A stretch of DNA of 64,000 nucleotides from an uncultured delta proteobacterium (GCA_963782545.1 CAWAKD010000007.1:1104378-1168377); one strand, 5' to 3'. Positions 1 through 15,966 are shown, counted from the stretch's first letter. Numbers and translations are program-made. Notes: generated by a model from the letters alone, not told the origin.

Positions 1-23
1 CTTCAGCGTAGGGGGTTTCAACT

Positions 24-2022
24 ATGCACGACAGTTTCAGAGGAACGTTCATTGGCTTGGCGGCGCTCCTCGCCTTTGGCGGTTGCAGCACCGGTGGCGT
101 GACGTACCAAGGACCCGACAACAACGACGCCGGGACGGACACGCCCACCGTCAAACAAGACGCTGCCCCCGACATCGTCGTGCGGGTGAACCTCGACGGC
201 CCCGGCTTGGCCGATTTGGGGCAGATTACCTGCACCGTTTCCGACGCCGGTTCCCATTGCGCGGTGCAGACCTGCGGCAATGGCATTCTGGAAGGCAGCG
301 AAGAGTGCGACGATGGCAATACCACGTCGGGCGAGGGTTGCACGTCGGACTGCAAGCTCGAGACCGATTGGGTGTGCCCCACGCCTGGTTCGCCCTGTAT
401 CTCGACCGTGGTCTGCGGCGATGGCCGGATCTCGGGCAACGAAATCTGCGACGACCACAATACCTCCGATGGCGACGGCTGCTCTGGCGACTGCAGCGCC
501 GTGGAACCGGGTTGGACCTGTCCGGCGCCCGGCGTGAGATGCCAACCCAAGTGCGGCGACGGTCTGATCACGGGCTGGGAGCAATGCGATGACGGCAACG
601 CCACTTCCGGTGACGGCTGCAGCGAATCGTGCACGACCGAGACTGGCTACGCCTGTCCGACGCCCGGTGAGGCCTGCCATCTAACCGTCTGCGGCGACGG
701 CAAGCAAGAGGGAGCCGAGTCGTGCGACGACGGCAACACCGTCCCCGGCGATGGCTGTACCATGGACTGCAAAGCCGAGCCGGAGTGCACAGGCAGCGAC
801 GGCTGCACCTCGCCGTGCGGCGATGGCCTGAAGCTGCCCGAGGAAGAGTGCGACGACGGCAACCGGACTTCGGGCGACGGCTGCTCGGCCGATTGCAAGC
901 TCGAAACCGGTTGGGATTGCAAGGACGTCGTGGACGCCACGACGTCGGTTCCCGTTCTCTTCCGCGACATGATCCCGTCGAACGCTACGATCACGGATTC
1001 CGCCGCCCCATCCCAACTTCGAGGTTCCCACGCCGTCCGGCAGGGTGGTCCCGAACATCGTCCTCGACACGCTCGGGGCCGATCGCGAGCCGCAGTACAA
1101 CCCGGATGTGGACACAACCGTCTCCATGACCACCAATGCCGATGACTTCAATTCCTGGTACCACGACTCGAACTACTCGAAGGTCGTGGTCGATAGCCTG
1201 CCGCTGGTCCAGCAGACCAACGGCACCGCCGTCACTTTCGTCTACGATCACTCTGGGACGTACAGCAGGGCTACCGGTACCTGGACGACCCCGCCCTTCT
1301 TCCCCCTCGACGATCGCGGCTGGGCCACGCCGCCGGACGGACCTGAGATCCCGTTCCTCGAGGCGAGCACGGATAATGCCCTGCATAACTTCTCCTTCAC
1401 CAGCGAAGTCCGCTACTGGTTCGAGTACCAGGGCGGCGAGAGCCTGTCCTTCATCGGCGACGACGATGTGTGGGTCTTCGTGAACGGCAGGCTGGCGGTG
1501 GACCTCGGTGGTGTGCACCAGGCAGCATCCGGCAGCATCACCCTCGATGCAACGGCCGCCACGACATTCAACCTCACCGTCGGCAACATCTACGAGATCG
1601 TCGTCTTTCAGGCCGAACGACGGGTGACCCAATCGAGCTACAAGTTGACCTTGGGCGTGTTCAACCGCACGCACACCGTGTGTAGCCCGAGGTGCGGCGA
1701 TGGCGTCGTCAACGGAACCGAGTCCTGCGACAACGGGCCCGACAACTCGGACACGGCCTACGGCGGTTGCACCACCCAGTGCACCTTCGGCCCCTACTGT
1801 GGCGATGGCAACGTCGATACGGCGGCCGGCGAGGAATGTGACGATGGGGCCAACCTCACCAGCTACGGCCACACCACCGGCTGCGGCCCTGGCTGCCGAA
1901 TACCCCACTACTGCGGCGACGGCAAGGTCGACAGCCTATTCGGCGAGAAATGCGACAACGGGGCCGAGAACGGCCAGAGCCTGAGCCTGTGCACCGCGAA
2001 TTGTCAGAGCATCGTCCCATGA
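24..2022 (+). CDS. Secreted/lipoprotein carrying 5 N-terminal plus 3 C-terminal Myxococcales Cys-rich repeats (TIGR02232 type) flanking a fibro-slime (PA14-like, TIGR02148 type) domain. Reading needs a +1 frame change near 990-1010.
   Basis: Track ORFs 24..1145 (signal peptide MHDSFRGTFIGLAALLAFGGC, then repeated CGDGx..EECDDGNxxSGDGCSxDC) and 1045..2022 (HNFSFTSEVRYWFEYQGGESLSFIGDDDVWVFVNGRLAVDLGG, the fibro-slime core, then more CGDG repeats) are consecutive parts of one protein in frames 0 and 1. The junction falls in a C-rich run, ccgcccca. Confidence 0.8.
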
Positions 2023-2708
2023 ACCGGGCCCGCATTACAGCACGACGCGTTGTGCTATCGTGCTGGATCTCCGTCCTGCTCGGCGCCTGCGGAGGCGGCG
2101 ACTCGGGCGGCGGCGTCGATGCAAACACCGTCGTATGCGGCACCCATGACGACCCCGGCGTGCTCCAGGTCATCGACATCTTGCCAGCCCTAGGATCGAC
2201 GGTAGTCAACCAGGGTATCGTGCATGGCTTCACGGTGGTCAATGCCCCGGCCATCTTCAGCAATTTCACGCTGCTTTATGGCTCCACGCACACCGCGGGT
2301 CTGTCGACCCCATCGGACCCGACGTTCCAGATCACGGAATCGGGCAGCAACCTCCTCTACCGACTCACGGTGGATTCATGGTCGCGCGCCCCTGGCCACG
2401 TCGAGCTTCGTGCCAGCGGCGGATACGATACCTCGAAGGGTTGTTCATGGGTGTTCCCCTCGCCGCTCTTTTCCTACGACGTGACCCCGGTGCCAGTCGG
2501 TGATGCCGGTGGAGAAGCCGGTGCCGCCGTGGACGGAGGACTCGGCCCCGCGGATGTCCCCCTCGACATCTCCCCCAGGCTCGACGTTTCCACCGGCGTG
2601 GACGGATCCGGGGCCATCGACGCTTCCAGCGAAATCGACGTGCCCATCGCACTCGACGGACCGGCCGCCGTCGACGGCGAGCCCCCCACCGAGGCAGGGG
2701 CAAACTAG
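2019..2708 (+). CDS. Hypothetical lipoprotein, translationally coupled to the upstream gene by an ATGA overlap.
   Basis: Internal Met of ORF 1950..2708 (MNRARITARRVVLSCWISVLLGACGGG gives a lipobox). Its start overlaps the upstream stop (ccATGAac). Gly/Asp-rich C-terminus. Confidence 0.6.
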   Translation: MNRARITARRVVLSCWISVLLGACGGGDSGGGVDANTVVCGTHDDPGVLQVIDILPALGSTVVNQGIVHGFTVVNAPAIFSNFTLLYGSTHTAGLSTPSDPTFQITESGSNLLYRLTVDSWSRAPGHVELRASGGYDTSKGCSWVFPSPLFSYDVTPVPVGDAGGEAGAAVDGGLGPADVPLDISPRLDVSTGVDGSGAIDASSEIDVPIALDGPAAVDGEPPTEAGAN

Positions 2709-2711
2709 CCG

Positions 2712-3206
2712 CTAGAGTTGACCGCGCACTTCCAAAAGCATCAGATTCTTCGCCTCGGGGTGCTCGGCCAGGTAAGCATCGAGCAGCTTGAGAAATTGCT
2801 TCTTCTCCCTGGCAGTCATGTGGTGCACGGGCGGCGCCTTGCCTTCCTTCGCGGCCGGCGCTCCCTCCTTTCCCGGAGCGGCCGCACCCGAGTCATCGTC
2901 CTTTGCCGCCGGCTTCCCCTGCTCCTTGCCTTCGGCGCGCGCCTTCTCCTCTTGCTCCTTCGCCTGCTTGGTGGCGGCCTCGATTTCCTTTTGGAACTCC
3001 TTTTGTCTCGCTTCCTCGCAGCCCTTGGGTTCGCATTCGCCCGGACAACCGCACTTGGCCTTCTTTTGGCAAAAGCAGCTACCGTTATCTCGGTAGCAAC
3101 CACAGGCGTTGACGGATTGCTTATCCGCGCGGGCGAGCTGGGCGTTCGCCATGGGAAAGACAAGGACAGCGCAAACCAGCAGGTTCTTGACCAGCGTCTT
3201 CATCAT
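2712..3206 (-). CDS. Small secreted Cys-rich, Lys/Glu-rich protein (hypothetical).
   Basis: ORF with signal peptide MMKTLVKNLLVCAVLVFPMANA and a GGAAGA RBS 5' of ATGATG. Cys cluster CGCYRDNGSCFCQKKAKCGCPGECEPKGC followed by a KE-rich tail. Confidence 0.55.
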   Translation of the reverse strand: MMKTLVKNLLVCAVLVFPMANAQLARADKQSVNACGCYRDNGSCFCQKKAKCGCPGECEPKGCEEARQKEFQKEIEAATKQAKEQEEKARAEGKEQGKPAAKDDDSGAAAPGKEGAPAAKEGKAPPVHHMTAREKKQFLKLLDAYLAEHPEAKNLMLLEVRGQL

Positions 3207-3307
3207 CTAATCTTCCTCTCTCATTAGGGTCCGTCGGGCGCACTAATAGCCGACAACCGCCCCGCGTGCAACCTCGGCGTGGTGCGAAGACTGCGAAGAT
3301 GCCCCCA

Positions 3308-4423
3308 TCAGTAAAAGCTCAGGTTGCCGATGCAGAAATCGAAACTGGTCGGTCCGAGATACGTGGTGAGATTGGTCGCGGGATCCGTGTAGTAGTCCTT
3401 GGCCTGCCAGTCCATGTTGAGCATGTGAGCACGATTGAACGGGATGGTCCTGCCCCATCCCTCCTGCGTCATGGACGAGAATGGAATGGTCACCACGACC
3501 GAGCCCGCCGACGTCGCGGTCGTGGCGCAGGCCCAGGACGAGTAGCCATTGAAGCAAGAAAAGCCTGCGGTAGTCGCGAAGGAAACGGGGGTCAGCCACG
3601 CGCCGTACACATCGTCGCAGTCGTTGGTCAAGGTACTCGACGACTCGCACGTGCCGCCCTTGGTGGTTGCGACCGAGGCGATGTCGGATGTCAGGATGGC
3701 AAAACGCACCCTACCTCCCGTGACCGTGCCCTGGATGGTGAAGGTGACGCCATTGTGGACGGAACCGTCGTAATTGCAGGAATTGCCGGATGTATCGGCG
3801 TCGAGCGACACCCCGAGCCCCGCGCCCCAGGTGGTGAAGCCGGAGCCGGACGTGCAAATCCACCCGGGCGTGGTCGCCAGCGCCGCTGCATCGGCTGGCT
3901 GCTGCGAGCCGGAACCGTCGTTGAAAGTAAACCAGCCGCCCGAACGACCATCCTGCGGGAGGATCGCGCCGTCCCCGTCGGCCATGTTGTCGATAAGCGG
4001 ATAGAGCCCGGTGGCCTTCGTCGGTACGCATGCCGTGGCACCGCCGGTGCTCGCCACGCCTCCGGTGCCTGGCACGCCTGCGATTCCGCCGCCTGCGGCG
4101 ACGACTCCGCCTGCGCCAGGGGCGGTCGTCGTCCCGACCATGCCACCCGTAGCCGCTCGGCCCCCAGTGCCGGGAAGAGCGATCCCGCCCTGCCCGGCCC
4201 CACCGGTTCCGACCACACCGCCCTTGCCGTTTACGGGTGGAAGATTGGCGGGCGTATAGCACCTGCTATCGACCGGTGAACAGACGTAGCCGTCTGGACA
4301 CCGCTTGCTCCCCGTGTAGCACTGCTGGGCCCCTTCCTCGGGATGCGGGCTGTAGGTGCACGCGTAGAGCGCCGAGCAGACGACGGCGCCAATCAACAAG
4401 CCGCCTTGAATGCTGGCTGGCAT
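3308..4423 (-). CDS. Secreted protein: signal peptide, Gly-rich linker, then a beta-rich C-terminal domain (possible carbohydrate-binding-like fold). Hypothetical.
   Basis: Starts at the internal Met of ORF 3308..4573 (MPASIQGGLLIGAVVCSALYA). The ATG overlaps the upstream stop as TGATG. Long G/T/A linker; C-terminal domain unrecognised. Confidence 0.6.
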   Translation of the reverse strand: MPASIQGGLLIGAVVCSALYACTYSPHPEEGAQQCYTGSKRCPDGYVCSPVDSRCYTPANLPPVNGKGGVVGTGGAGQGGIALPGTGGRAATGGMVGTTTAPGAGGVVAAGGGIAGVPGTGGVASTGGATACVPTKATGLYPLIDNMADGDGAILPQDGRSGGWFTFNDGSGSQQPADAAALATTPGWICTSGSGFTTWGAGLGVSLDADTSGNSCNYDGSVHNGVTFTIQGTVTGGRVRFAILTSDIASVATTKGGTCESSSTLTNDCDDVYGAWLTPVSFATTAGFSCFNGYSSWACATTATSAGSVVVTIPFSSMTQEGWGRTIPFNRAHMLNMDWQAKDYYTDPATNLTTYLGPTSFDFCIGNLSFY

Positions 4424-5604
4424 CAGAATCCCCCTTGTGCGCTGAGACCAGCCCCACCTGGAAAGACCGCGGGCACGAGCGCAACCTCTTGTGACCTGGC
4501 CGAGACTGCACCGATGCCATAGAGCGCGGCGCCGGTTGCGACAAGGCCCGCGCCCACACCGTACCCCACCCACTGGAGGGTCTCGTAGAGCTTGCCCCTA
4601 CTGTCGAAATTCGGATTGAAGATCTTCCCTGTTTCGACCGAGTGGGAATAAGCGCTCGCCTCGGCCCCGAAAAAGATGCCCGCCCCGATCGCACCCACAC
4701 CTACGGAACCGCAGACGATACCAGCCACGCGCAGGCCTCTACCGGGGCTGGTGGCCGCGGGCGTTGGTGTCGCCGTAGCCTGGACGATGCCGGGCTGGGT
4801 TTGCGGCGCGCCGGGAGCGGCACCCGATGGATATGGATAGGCTACGGCTGACCCGTAAGCTGGGGCAGGATAGGGGCCTGGAGCGGGGACGGCCGCTGAC
4901 GGTGGGTAGGCCGCCGGGCCAGTGGCAGGCGCAGGCGTAGCTGGCCAGGCTTCGGTGGGCGGAGCGTAGGGTGCCGGCCCTGTGGCTGGTGCCGGCGAAG
5001 CCATCGTGGCCGGTGAAGGCGCGGCAGCTGCAGCGGCCGGCGGCGAGGTCGTGGCCGGCGCCGCAACCGGAGCAGCCGCCGCGGACGGTGACGAATAGTC
5101 CGCCGGTGCGGCCGTGACCGGGGCCGTGCTTGGCGCGTACACCGGCGGGGGAACCCGTGCCGGCATCGTCGCGGGCGGAGCCGCCCCCGGAGAGGCCGCG
5201 CCCGAGGTCGTGGCGTTGCGGACAGGCGGCTTGACCTCGGGCCCAGCCGCCTCGATCTGCTTCTGCAGGGCCTCAATGCGTTCCTCGACTTCCGCGCGCT
5301 GCGGGCTCTTGGGTGCCTTGATCAGGTAGTTCTTGTACAGATCGAGCGCACGCTTGGCGTCCCCCTTGCGACGGTAGGATTGCGCCATGTTGTAGAGAAA
5401 GACGGGATCGTTGCGAAGGGCATAGGCCTTCTCGAACTCCCCGGCCGCATCATCCCAGCGCCCGACATCGAAGAGCTGCCTTCCTCTCTGAAAATGCTGT
5501 CTCGCCTCCTCCGTCGCCGAGTCGTCTCCCCGCGCAGTCCCCACGGGCAGTACCAGCGCCATCGCCAATCCCGCAACTAGAAATAGTGCCACCGTGGCTT
5601 TCAT
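4423..5604 (-). CDS. TPR-repeat protein with a long Pro/Ala-rich low-complexity region and a C-terminal Gly-zipper/TM segment.
   Basis: ORF 393 aa. Signal peptide MKATVALFLVAGLAMALVLPVG. TPR-like AYALRNDPVFLYNMAQSYRRKGDAKRALDLYKNYL. PA-rich spacer about 180 aa. C-terminal GxxxG-rich hydrophobic stretch. Confidence 0.65.
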   Translation of the reverse strand: MKATVALFLVAGLAMALVLPVGTARGDDSATEEARQHFQRGRQLFDVGRWDDAAGEFEKAYALRNDPVFLYNMAQSYRRKGDAKRALDLYKNYLIKAPKSPQRAEVEERIEALQKQIEAAGPEVKPPVRNATTSGAASPGAAPPATMPARVPPPVYAPSTAPVTAAPADYSSPSAAAAPVAAPATTSPPAAAAAAPSPATMASPAPATGPAPYAPPTEAWPATPAPATGPAAYPPSAAVPAPGPYPAPAYGSAVAYPYPSGAAPGAPQTQPGIVQATATPTPAATSPGRGLRVAGIVCGSVGVGAIGAGIFFGAEASAYSHSVETGKIFNPNFDSRGKLYETLQWVGYGVGAGLVATGAALYGIGAVSARSQEVALVPAVFPGGAGLSAQGGF

Positions 5605-5727
5605 GCAGCTACCTCGTCATAGTCCAGTCCCGAGCTCGAAGCTCGGGCTCCAGGCTCGAAGCGGATAATCTACATCAAAAGCCGTCCGAGTATTTACCCG
5701 GCGAGCCCGAGGCCCTAGCCTGGCGAC

Positions 5728-8100
<2,373 letters not shown>

Positions 8101-8199
8101 GCGTCTCTCTCAAACTTAGGCGGGGTCGCGCTTGGCCGCAAGCCCGCGGGCTGGAAAAATGGCGGTCCATCGGTGCAGGTGGGTGTGGCTTGTCGCACA

Positions 8200-9142
8200 T
8201 CAAAAACTCCGGGGTTTTCCTGTCTTAGCACGCCGGTCGAATTCCTCGACCAAATGGCGCGTTTCCGCGTCGGCGGGATCGAGTTTCGGCACTACGATCT
8301 CGATGCGGCAAAGCTGGTCGCCGCGCGCGCCGTCCGGGCCCTTGACCCCCTTGCCGCGCAGGCGAAGCTTGGCGCCGCTCGAGGTTCCACCAGGAATGGT
8401 GAGTTTGACCGATCCGTCTATGGTGGGGACGTCCACCTGCGTGCCGAGACAAGCCTCGGCCACGGTGAGCGGCAGGGACAGCTCGATATCGCGGCCCACC
8501 CGTCGCAGGTGCGGATCCGGCAGCACGACCACGTCGAGGTAGAGGTCGCCCGGTCGCCCGCCGCGGGCGGCCTGACCGCCTTGGCCGGGCACGCGTAGAT
8601 GAGCGCCGCTGTCGACGCCGGCCGGCACGTTGACCTCCACGGTCTTGCCCGAGCCGGCGCGAAGGGTGCGCCGGGTGCCGAGCGCGGCCTCGCGGAAGCC
8701 GACCTCGATGGTGCCCTGCATGTCGCTACCGCGACCGTGGCCCCTGCCCTGGCCCACAGGGCCCGCTCCGCCGCCAAAGAGCGTGGAAAAGAGGTCGCCA
8801 AGATCGGCAAACCCGCCCGGCGCTCCACCGCCTCTGCCACCGCCGGGCCGGCCACTCACGCGAAAATCGCCGAAAATCTGCGAGAAGGTGTCGGCGTCGA
8901 ATCCCTGCGGCATGCCGTCGGCGCCCACTGGAGCTTGACGAAGCCGGTCGTACTCCTGACGTTTCTTGGCATCCGAGAGGACCGCGTAGGCGTCGCCGAT
9001 CTCCTTGAAGCGCTCGGTCTTCTTCTTGTCGCCGCCGGTCGCGTCAGGGTGGTTCTGCTTGGCGAGCTTGCGGTAGGCCTTCTTGATAGCCTCCGCGTCC
9101 GCGCTCTCGGGCACCCCGAGTATGGCGTAGAGAATCCTTCAT
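8200..9142 (-). CDS. cbpA: DnaJ-class co-chaperone of the CbpA type: J domain + G/F region + C-terminal substrate domains, no zinc finger. The first ~5 codons are in a different frame.
   Basis: ORF 8200..9114 carries the J domain (ILGVPESADAEAIKKAYRKLAKQNHPD) but has no ATG. An ATG (MKDSL) sits one frame away at 9140-9142, 1 nt after the clpB stop, implying a 1-nt indel right after the start codon. Confidence 0.8.
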
Positions 9143-9143
9143 G

Positions 9144-11741
<2,598 letters not shown>

Positions 11742-11821
11742 GGTTTCTGCGCAACAAGGTAAGCACGGGCCGCATGAGGACAAGGAATGTGCCACCGGCG
11801 CGCCATGGGCGGTTGGCGTGC

Positions 11822-12583
11822 CTATTTCTTCTTCTTCGGAAGCGTGAACAGGGTGGCCGGGAAGTGCTCATCGAAGGCAATGTCGACGATGCGACCCTCC
11901 ATGGTGACCGGGCCAACCGTGACGTCCTCTTGGTGCCAGACCAGGACACCGTCGACCGGGCGCCAGTCGGAGAACCTGGTGATGTAGGGAACCTGCCCGC
12001 CTTGCGAGGCTTGCACGCCCTTTTCCAGAATGCGCAGGTGGGTCTTGCGGTCGAAACACACGACCGTCGGCGGGCCCTCGACCTTGTCGAGCTCGACGCA
12101 TTCCCAGGATTGGCCGGCGGGCACAGACACCGGCGGGGGAACCGCGTGGGCCTTGGCGTAGACCTCGCCCAGCCGCCATTCCGAGTCCCAGGTGGCAGCG
12201 ATGCGAACATCCTCGGCCTCGGCACCCTTGAGCACGCGCAATCCGTTGATGGGATCCTCGGCCCACGCCGTGTGCCCGTCCGAGCCGCGCAGGAAGACGC
12301 CCATCTTCGGCATTTCCGAGGTACTCAGGATCTTGCCACCGCGTGCAATGCGGGTTTCCTCGATGCTGGTGAAGTGCATGGCCTTGACCGACACCTCGCG
12401 TCTGACCCGCATGGTCTTATGCTTCTTCCAGGCCTTCTCGTCGCCGATGGCCTTGGCGTAGTCGGCGAGGATCGACTTGGCGTCGCGCAGGGAGGCTGGC
12501 GCGACCGCGGCGGGGAGAGAAGCCACGGGGCCGGCGTCGATGGCGAAGACCAATGCAAAGAGGGCGATCATGATGTGGCCCAT
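11822..12583 (-). CDS. Hypothetical secreted protein.
   Basis: ORF with signal peptide [30 protein letters not shown] and a poly-Lys C-terminus. No recognisable catalytic motif. Confidence 0.55.
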   Translation of the reverse strand: MGHIMIALFALVFAIDAGPVASLPAAVAPASLRDAKSILADYAKAIGDEKAWKKHKTMRVRREVSVKAMHFTSIEETRIARGGKILSTSEMPKMGVFLRGSDGHTAWAEDPINGLRVLKGAEAEDVRIAATWDSEWRLGEVYAKAHAVPPPVSVPAGQSWECVELDKVEGPPTVVCFDRKTHLRILEKGVQASQGGQVPYITRFSDWRPVDGVLVWHQEDVTVGPVTMEGRIVDIAFDEHFPATLFTLPKKKK

Positions 12584-12633
12584 GCTTGAGCCAGAAGCAA
12601 GATTACGTCAAGCACCGAGGGCGTGCTCGCCCG

Positions 12634-14085
12634 CTACTTTCCCGAACGCGCCACAACCAGTGCCTCGTCGAGCACGGGATCGTGTCCGGCGAGCAAGGCG
12701 GCGCGGGTTTCAAGCACGCGGTGGTCGGGTTGTACGCCGCGGCCTTCGATGGCGATCCCGCTCGGTGTCTTGAATCCCGCGACCGGGATCTGCATGACGG
12801 CGCCACCCGGAAGCGCTTCGATGGTCGAACCCAAGGCGGCGCCCACGGTGCTCTCACCCACCACGATGGCGCGCTTCGCTTCTTGCAACCCGGCGGCAAG
12901 GATCTCGGAGGTGGAGGCGCTGCCCTCGTCGGTCAGGATGATGACCTTGCCGGTGAAGGATTTCACGCCCAGCGATGGCGCGGCCACCAGATTGTTGGTG
13001 AAGTCGCGAAACTGGATCGTGCCCAAGCTGGTCTCGTGCGAAACCAAGCGGGCGGCGACCGGAATGGCCATCCCGCCGAAGCCACCCGGGTTGCCGCGCA
13101 GGTCGAGAATGATCGCCTTCGCCCCGCTTCGCCGGAAGCCCTCGATGGCTTTCTGGACTTCGCCCAGGATGGGTTCGAGCAGGAAGAAATTGAACGCGAT
13201 GATGCCGACATCGCCCACGCGCGAGACGCGCACCTCGGGCACGATAGGTGGCATGAGCAGGGCCTGGACCGCCGTTCGCGCGGGTGGGTCGCGGGTCAGC
13301 ATTGCCTCGTGCGCATGGTCGGCGCCGTCGAGGAAACCTATGCTTACCTTGCTGCCCACGGGACCGGACAAGCGGTTGGCGACCTGCCTGCGCAAGCGAA
13401 AGCGCTCTTCCACGGGACGCAGGGGGCGCGGTGACGGGGGCAGCGAGCCGAGGGCGCGCCCGCCGACGTGCGTGACGATATAGCCTGGCCGCAGCCCGGC
13501 CCGTGCCGCAGAGGATCCGGGACGCACCCAGGTCACGGTCGGCTTGCCCTCGATCGAGCGAACCACCAGCCCCGGATCGCCGGTGCCCATCCCGACCTCG
13601 ATCACCTCTGCCGAGCCCGGAGGCCGTGCCTGCGCCGACTCTTCGACCTGCGCGTCGGCCTCGTCGCCGGGGCCGTGTACTTCGAGGTGCGACTGATCGA
13701 GCGCTCCCAACATCTGGTTGAGCAGACGGTAGAAGGTCGGCTCGTCGGGCGCAGCCAAGGCCAACGGCCGATACTTCGCGCGCATCGCTTCCCAGTCGAC
13801 GCCAGCCAAGGTCTTGTCGAAGTCCTTGTCGCGAACCGCGGTCCATGCGGCGTCGAAGATCGCCTCGCGGATCTTCAGCCGCACGTTGCTCGCCCCCAGG
13901 GCCGCGGGGGCGGGACCGGCGGAGGCTTGCAAGGGCGTGAAAGCCGGCGGATCGGTGGAACGAGCGGCATCGGGCGCCGCCATCGCGGTCGGCGCCCGCG
14001 GGGGCGGAGTCTGGCCCGCGCACGCAGGCGAGAGTGCAGCCACTAGCAGTACCGAGCGCGCAGCGAATCGGTTCATGTTGGCCAC
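12634..14085 (-). CDS. ctpA: C-terminal processing (tail-specific) peptidase, family S41, with a PDZ domain.
   Basis: Signal peptide. AIILDLRGNPGGFGG and the catalytic region ILTDEGSASTSEILAAGLQE...VVGESTVG are typical of Ctp/Prc peptidases. Confidence 0.85.
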   Translation of the reverse strand: MANMNRFAARSVLLVAALSPACAGQTPPPRAPTAMAAPDAARSTDPPAFTPLQASAGPAPAALGASNVRLKIREAIFDAAWTAVRDKDFDKTLAGVDWEAMRAKYRPLALAAPDEPTFYRLLNQMLGALDQSHLEVHGPGDEADAQVEESAQARPPGSAEVIEVGMGTGDPGLVVRSIEGKPTVTWVRPGSSAARAGLRPGYIVTHVGGRALGSLPPSPRPLRPVEERFRLRRQVANRLSGPVGSKVSIGFLDGADHAHEAMLTRDPPARTAVQALLMPPIVPEVRVSRVGDVGIIAFNFFLLEPILGEVQKAIEGFRRSGAKAIILDLRGNPGGFGGMAIPVAARLVSHETSLGTIQFRDFTNNLVAAPSLGVKSFTGKVIILTDEGSASTSEILAAGLQEAKRAIVVGESTVGAALGSTIEALPGGAVMQIPVAGFKTPSGIAIEGRGVQPDHRVLETRAALLAGHDPVLDEALVVARSGK

Positions 14086-14144
14086 ATTTTAGCAGGCCCG
14101 TGGCGTCAGGATAATTAACCACGGAAATCAAACCGTTCGCTGTT

Positions 14145-14633
14145 CTAGTAGCGAACCTTCCCGGGAACCTCGGCGTAAGCCACGAACGGCGCCTCGGCGT
14201 CCGCGCAAAGCACGTGCTCGCGCACCATCGGCGGTTCGCCACCCGCGGCGTCGAACGCTCGATAGAAAACCGCATCGTCGAAGCCGGCGGAGGCGGCGGA
14301 CTGGCGCGTGGCCGCGTAGTAGACGGCGCGCGGCCGTGCCCACAGGATGGCGCCCAGACACATGGGACAGGGCTCGCAGCTCGCGTAGACATCGCAGCCA
14401 TCGAGCTGAAAGGATCCGAGCGCGGCACACGCGGCGCGGATGACCTGCACTTCGGCGTGCGCGGTCGGGTCGTTGTTGGCCACCACCGCGTTGGCGGCCT
14501 TGGCGATCACGACGCCGTCCTTGACCACCACCGCGCCGAACGGCCCGCCCTGCCCCGTCTGTGCGCCGCGCACGGCCTCGGCGATGGCCAAGCCCAAAAA
14601 ACGCCGTTTGTCGTCCAGCGATGGCACGCTCAC
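14145..14633 (-). CDS. CMP/dCMP-type zinc deaminase (TadA/GuaD-like nucleoside or nucleotide deaminase).
   Basis: C-terminal 162 aa of track ORF 14145..15566. Zinc motifs HAE and PCPMC. The GTG start overlaps the yggS stop as GTGA. Confidence 0.75.
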   Translation of the reverse strand: MSVPSLDDKRRFLGLAIAEAVRGAQTGQGGPFGAVVVKDGVVIAKAANAVVANNDPTAHAEVQVIRAACAALGSFQLDGCDVYASCEPCPMCLGAILWARPRAVYYAATRQSAASAGFDDAVFYRAFDAAGGEPPMVREHVLCADAEAPFVAYAEVPGKVRY

Positions 14634-15355
14634 GTGCGCGCTCCGAAGATCGCGGTGCCCACGCGGATGATGGTCGCGCCCTCGGCGATTGCCACCTCCA
14701 GATCGTGGCTCATGCCCATCGAGAGGTCGGCCAACACCACGTTGGGACGGAGCCGCTCGCGCTGCTCGTCGCGTAGCCGGCGCAGGGCCGCGAAGTGTGG
14801 CCGCGACAGCGCCGGATCTTCGTCGTAGGGGGGAATGACCATCAGACCCGTGCAACGCACGTGCGAATACCGAGCGAAGCTGTCGAGGGTGGCTGCCAGG
14901 TCCGAAGGTGCGATGCCGCTCTTTTGCGCCTCGCCGGCCACGTTGACCTGAACCAGGCAGTCTTGAACCACGTCGAGAGCGGCAGCCTTGCGTTCGATCT
15001 CGGCCAGGACCTCGGGCGAACCGACCGAGTGAACCAGCACCACCTTGCCAGCCACGTACTTGACCTTGTTGCTTTGCAGCGGCCCGATGAAATGCCAGCG
15101 CGGCGACGGCAAGGCCGGCAGGGCGGCGACCAGGCCGGCCACTGCCGCGTGCTTGTCGCGGAACTCCTGCCCATAGCTCTCGGCGAAATCGCGCTGTCCA
15201 GCGGCCAGCGCCGCGACGATGTCCTCGGCGGGAACGGTCTTGCTGACCGCGAGCAGACACAGGGTTTCGGAGGAGCGGCGTATGGCCCGGAGGGCGGCAT
15301 CCACCCTCTTGCGCACCGCGTGCAGATTGACGGCGATCTGCTCGGCTCGGGTCAC
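14630..15355 (-). CDS. yggS: YggS-family PLP-binding homeostasis protein (alanine-racemase fold).
   Basis: C-terminal 241 aa of track ORF 14630..16270 (LLAVSKT...FIGPLQSNK...LSMGMSHD). The GTG start overlaps the maf stop as GTGA. Confidence 0.8.
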   Translation of the reverse strand: MTRAEQIAVNLHAVRKRVDAALRAIRRSSETLCLLAVSKTVPAEDIVAALAAGQRDFAESYGQEFRDKHAAVAGLVAALPALPSPRWHFIGPLQSNKVKYVAGKVVLVHSVGSPEVLAEIERKAAALDVVQDCLVQVNVAGEAQKSGIAPSDLAATLDSFARYSHVRCTGLMVIPPYDEDPALSRPHFAALRRLRDEQRERLRPNVVLADLSMGMSHDLEVAIAEGATIIRVGTAIFGART

Positions 15356-15966
15356 GGCGAAACCCCGAAGGCCGGTGGCGGATAGCCCGGCAAGGCTTCG
15401 AGCGCGCGCAAGTCGGCCAGAACCTCGGCCACCGGAAGGCCGACGACGTTGGTGAACGAGCCGCGCACCTCGGTGACGAAGCTGCCCGCGATGCCTTGGA
15501 TCGCATACGCGCCGGCCTTGCCGCGCCACTCGTCCGAGGCCAGATAGGCCGCGACTTCCGCAGCATCGAGGGAGCGGAAGGTCACGAAGGTGCTCACGAG
15601 CCGCTCGACCGCGCGCGCGCCCAGCCGAATGCGATAGGCGGTCAGCACCTCGTGGCGGCGCCCGGCCAGGCGCTGCAACATCGCTTCGGCCTGCGCCCCG
15701 TCGACGGGCTTGCCGAGGATTTCGTTCTCGATCGAAACGACGGTGTCGGCGGCCAACACCGCCAGCGCGGCGGGGCCGTGGCGAGCGACCGCAGCGTCGC
15801 ACTTCTCGGCGGCCATACGCACGGCGTAGTCGCGCACGGGTTCGCCCTCGCGCGCGGCCTCGTCGATGTCGACCGGCTCGACGGCGAGAACCAGACCCAG
15901 CTTCGCCAGCAACTCGCGCCGCCGCGGCGACGCCGAGGCAAGTATGAGATCGGGGGAACGGCTCAC
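15352..15966 (-). CDS. maf: Maf-family nucleoside triphosphate pyrophosphatase (septum-formation protein Maf).
   Basis: LILASASPRRRELL...GKP...YAIQG motifs. Start placed at the internal GTG (VSRSPDLIL). Using the track's upstream ATG would overlap the divergent radical SAM gene. Confidence 0.8.
   Translation of the reverse strand: MSRSPDLILASASPRRRELLAKLGLVLAVEPVDIDEAAREGEPVRDYAVRMAAEKCDAAVARHGPAALAVLAADTVVSIENEILGKPVDGAQAEAMLQRLAGRRHEVLTAYRIRLGARAVERLVSTFVTFRSLDAAEVAAYLASDEWRGKAGAYAIQGIAGSFVTEVRGSFTNVVGLPVAEVLADLRALEALPGYPPPAFGVSP

Noticed and set aside
5629-5647. A hairpin after lon as an intrinsic terminator.
   Set aside because: A GC-rich stem is present but there is no downstream U-tract on the transcribed strand. 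I have left it only as a note in the findings.
8111-8142. A sigma-32-type heat-shock promoter for lon.
   Set aside because: It resembles CTTGAAA/CCCCAT only loosely (CTTGCGG-N11-CCCCGCCTAAG) and the spacer is short. There is not enough evidence to list it as a feature.
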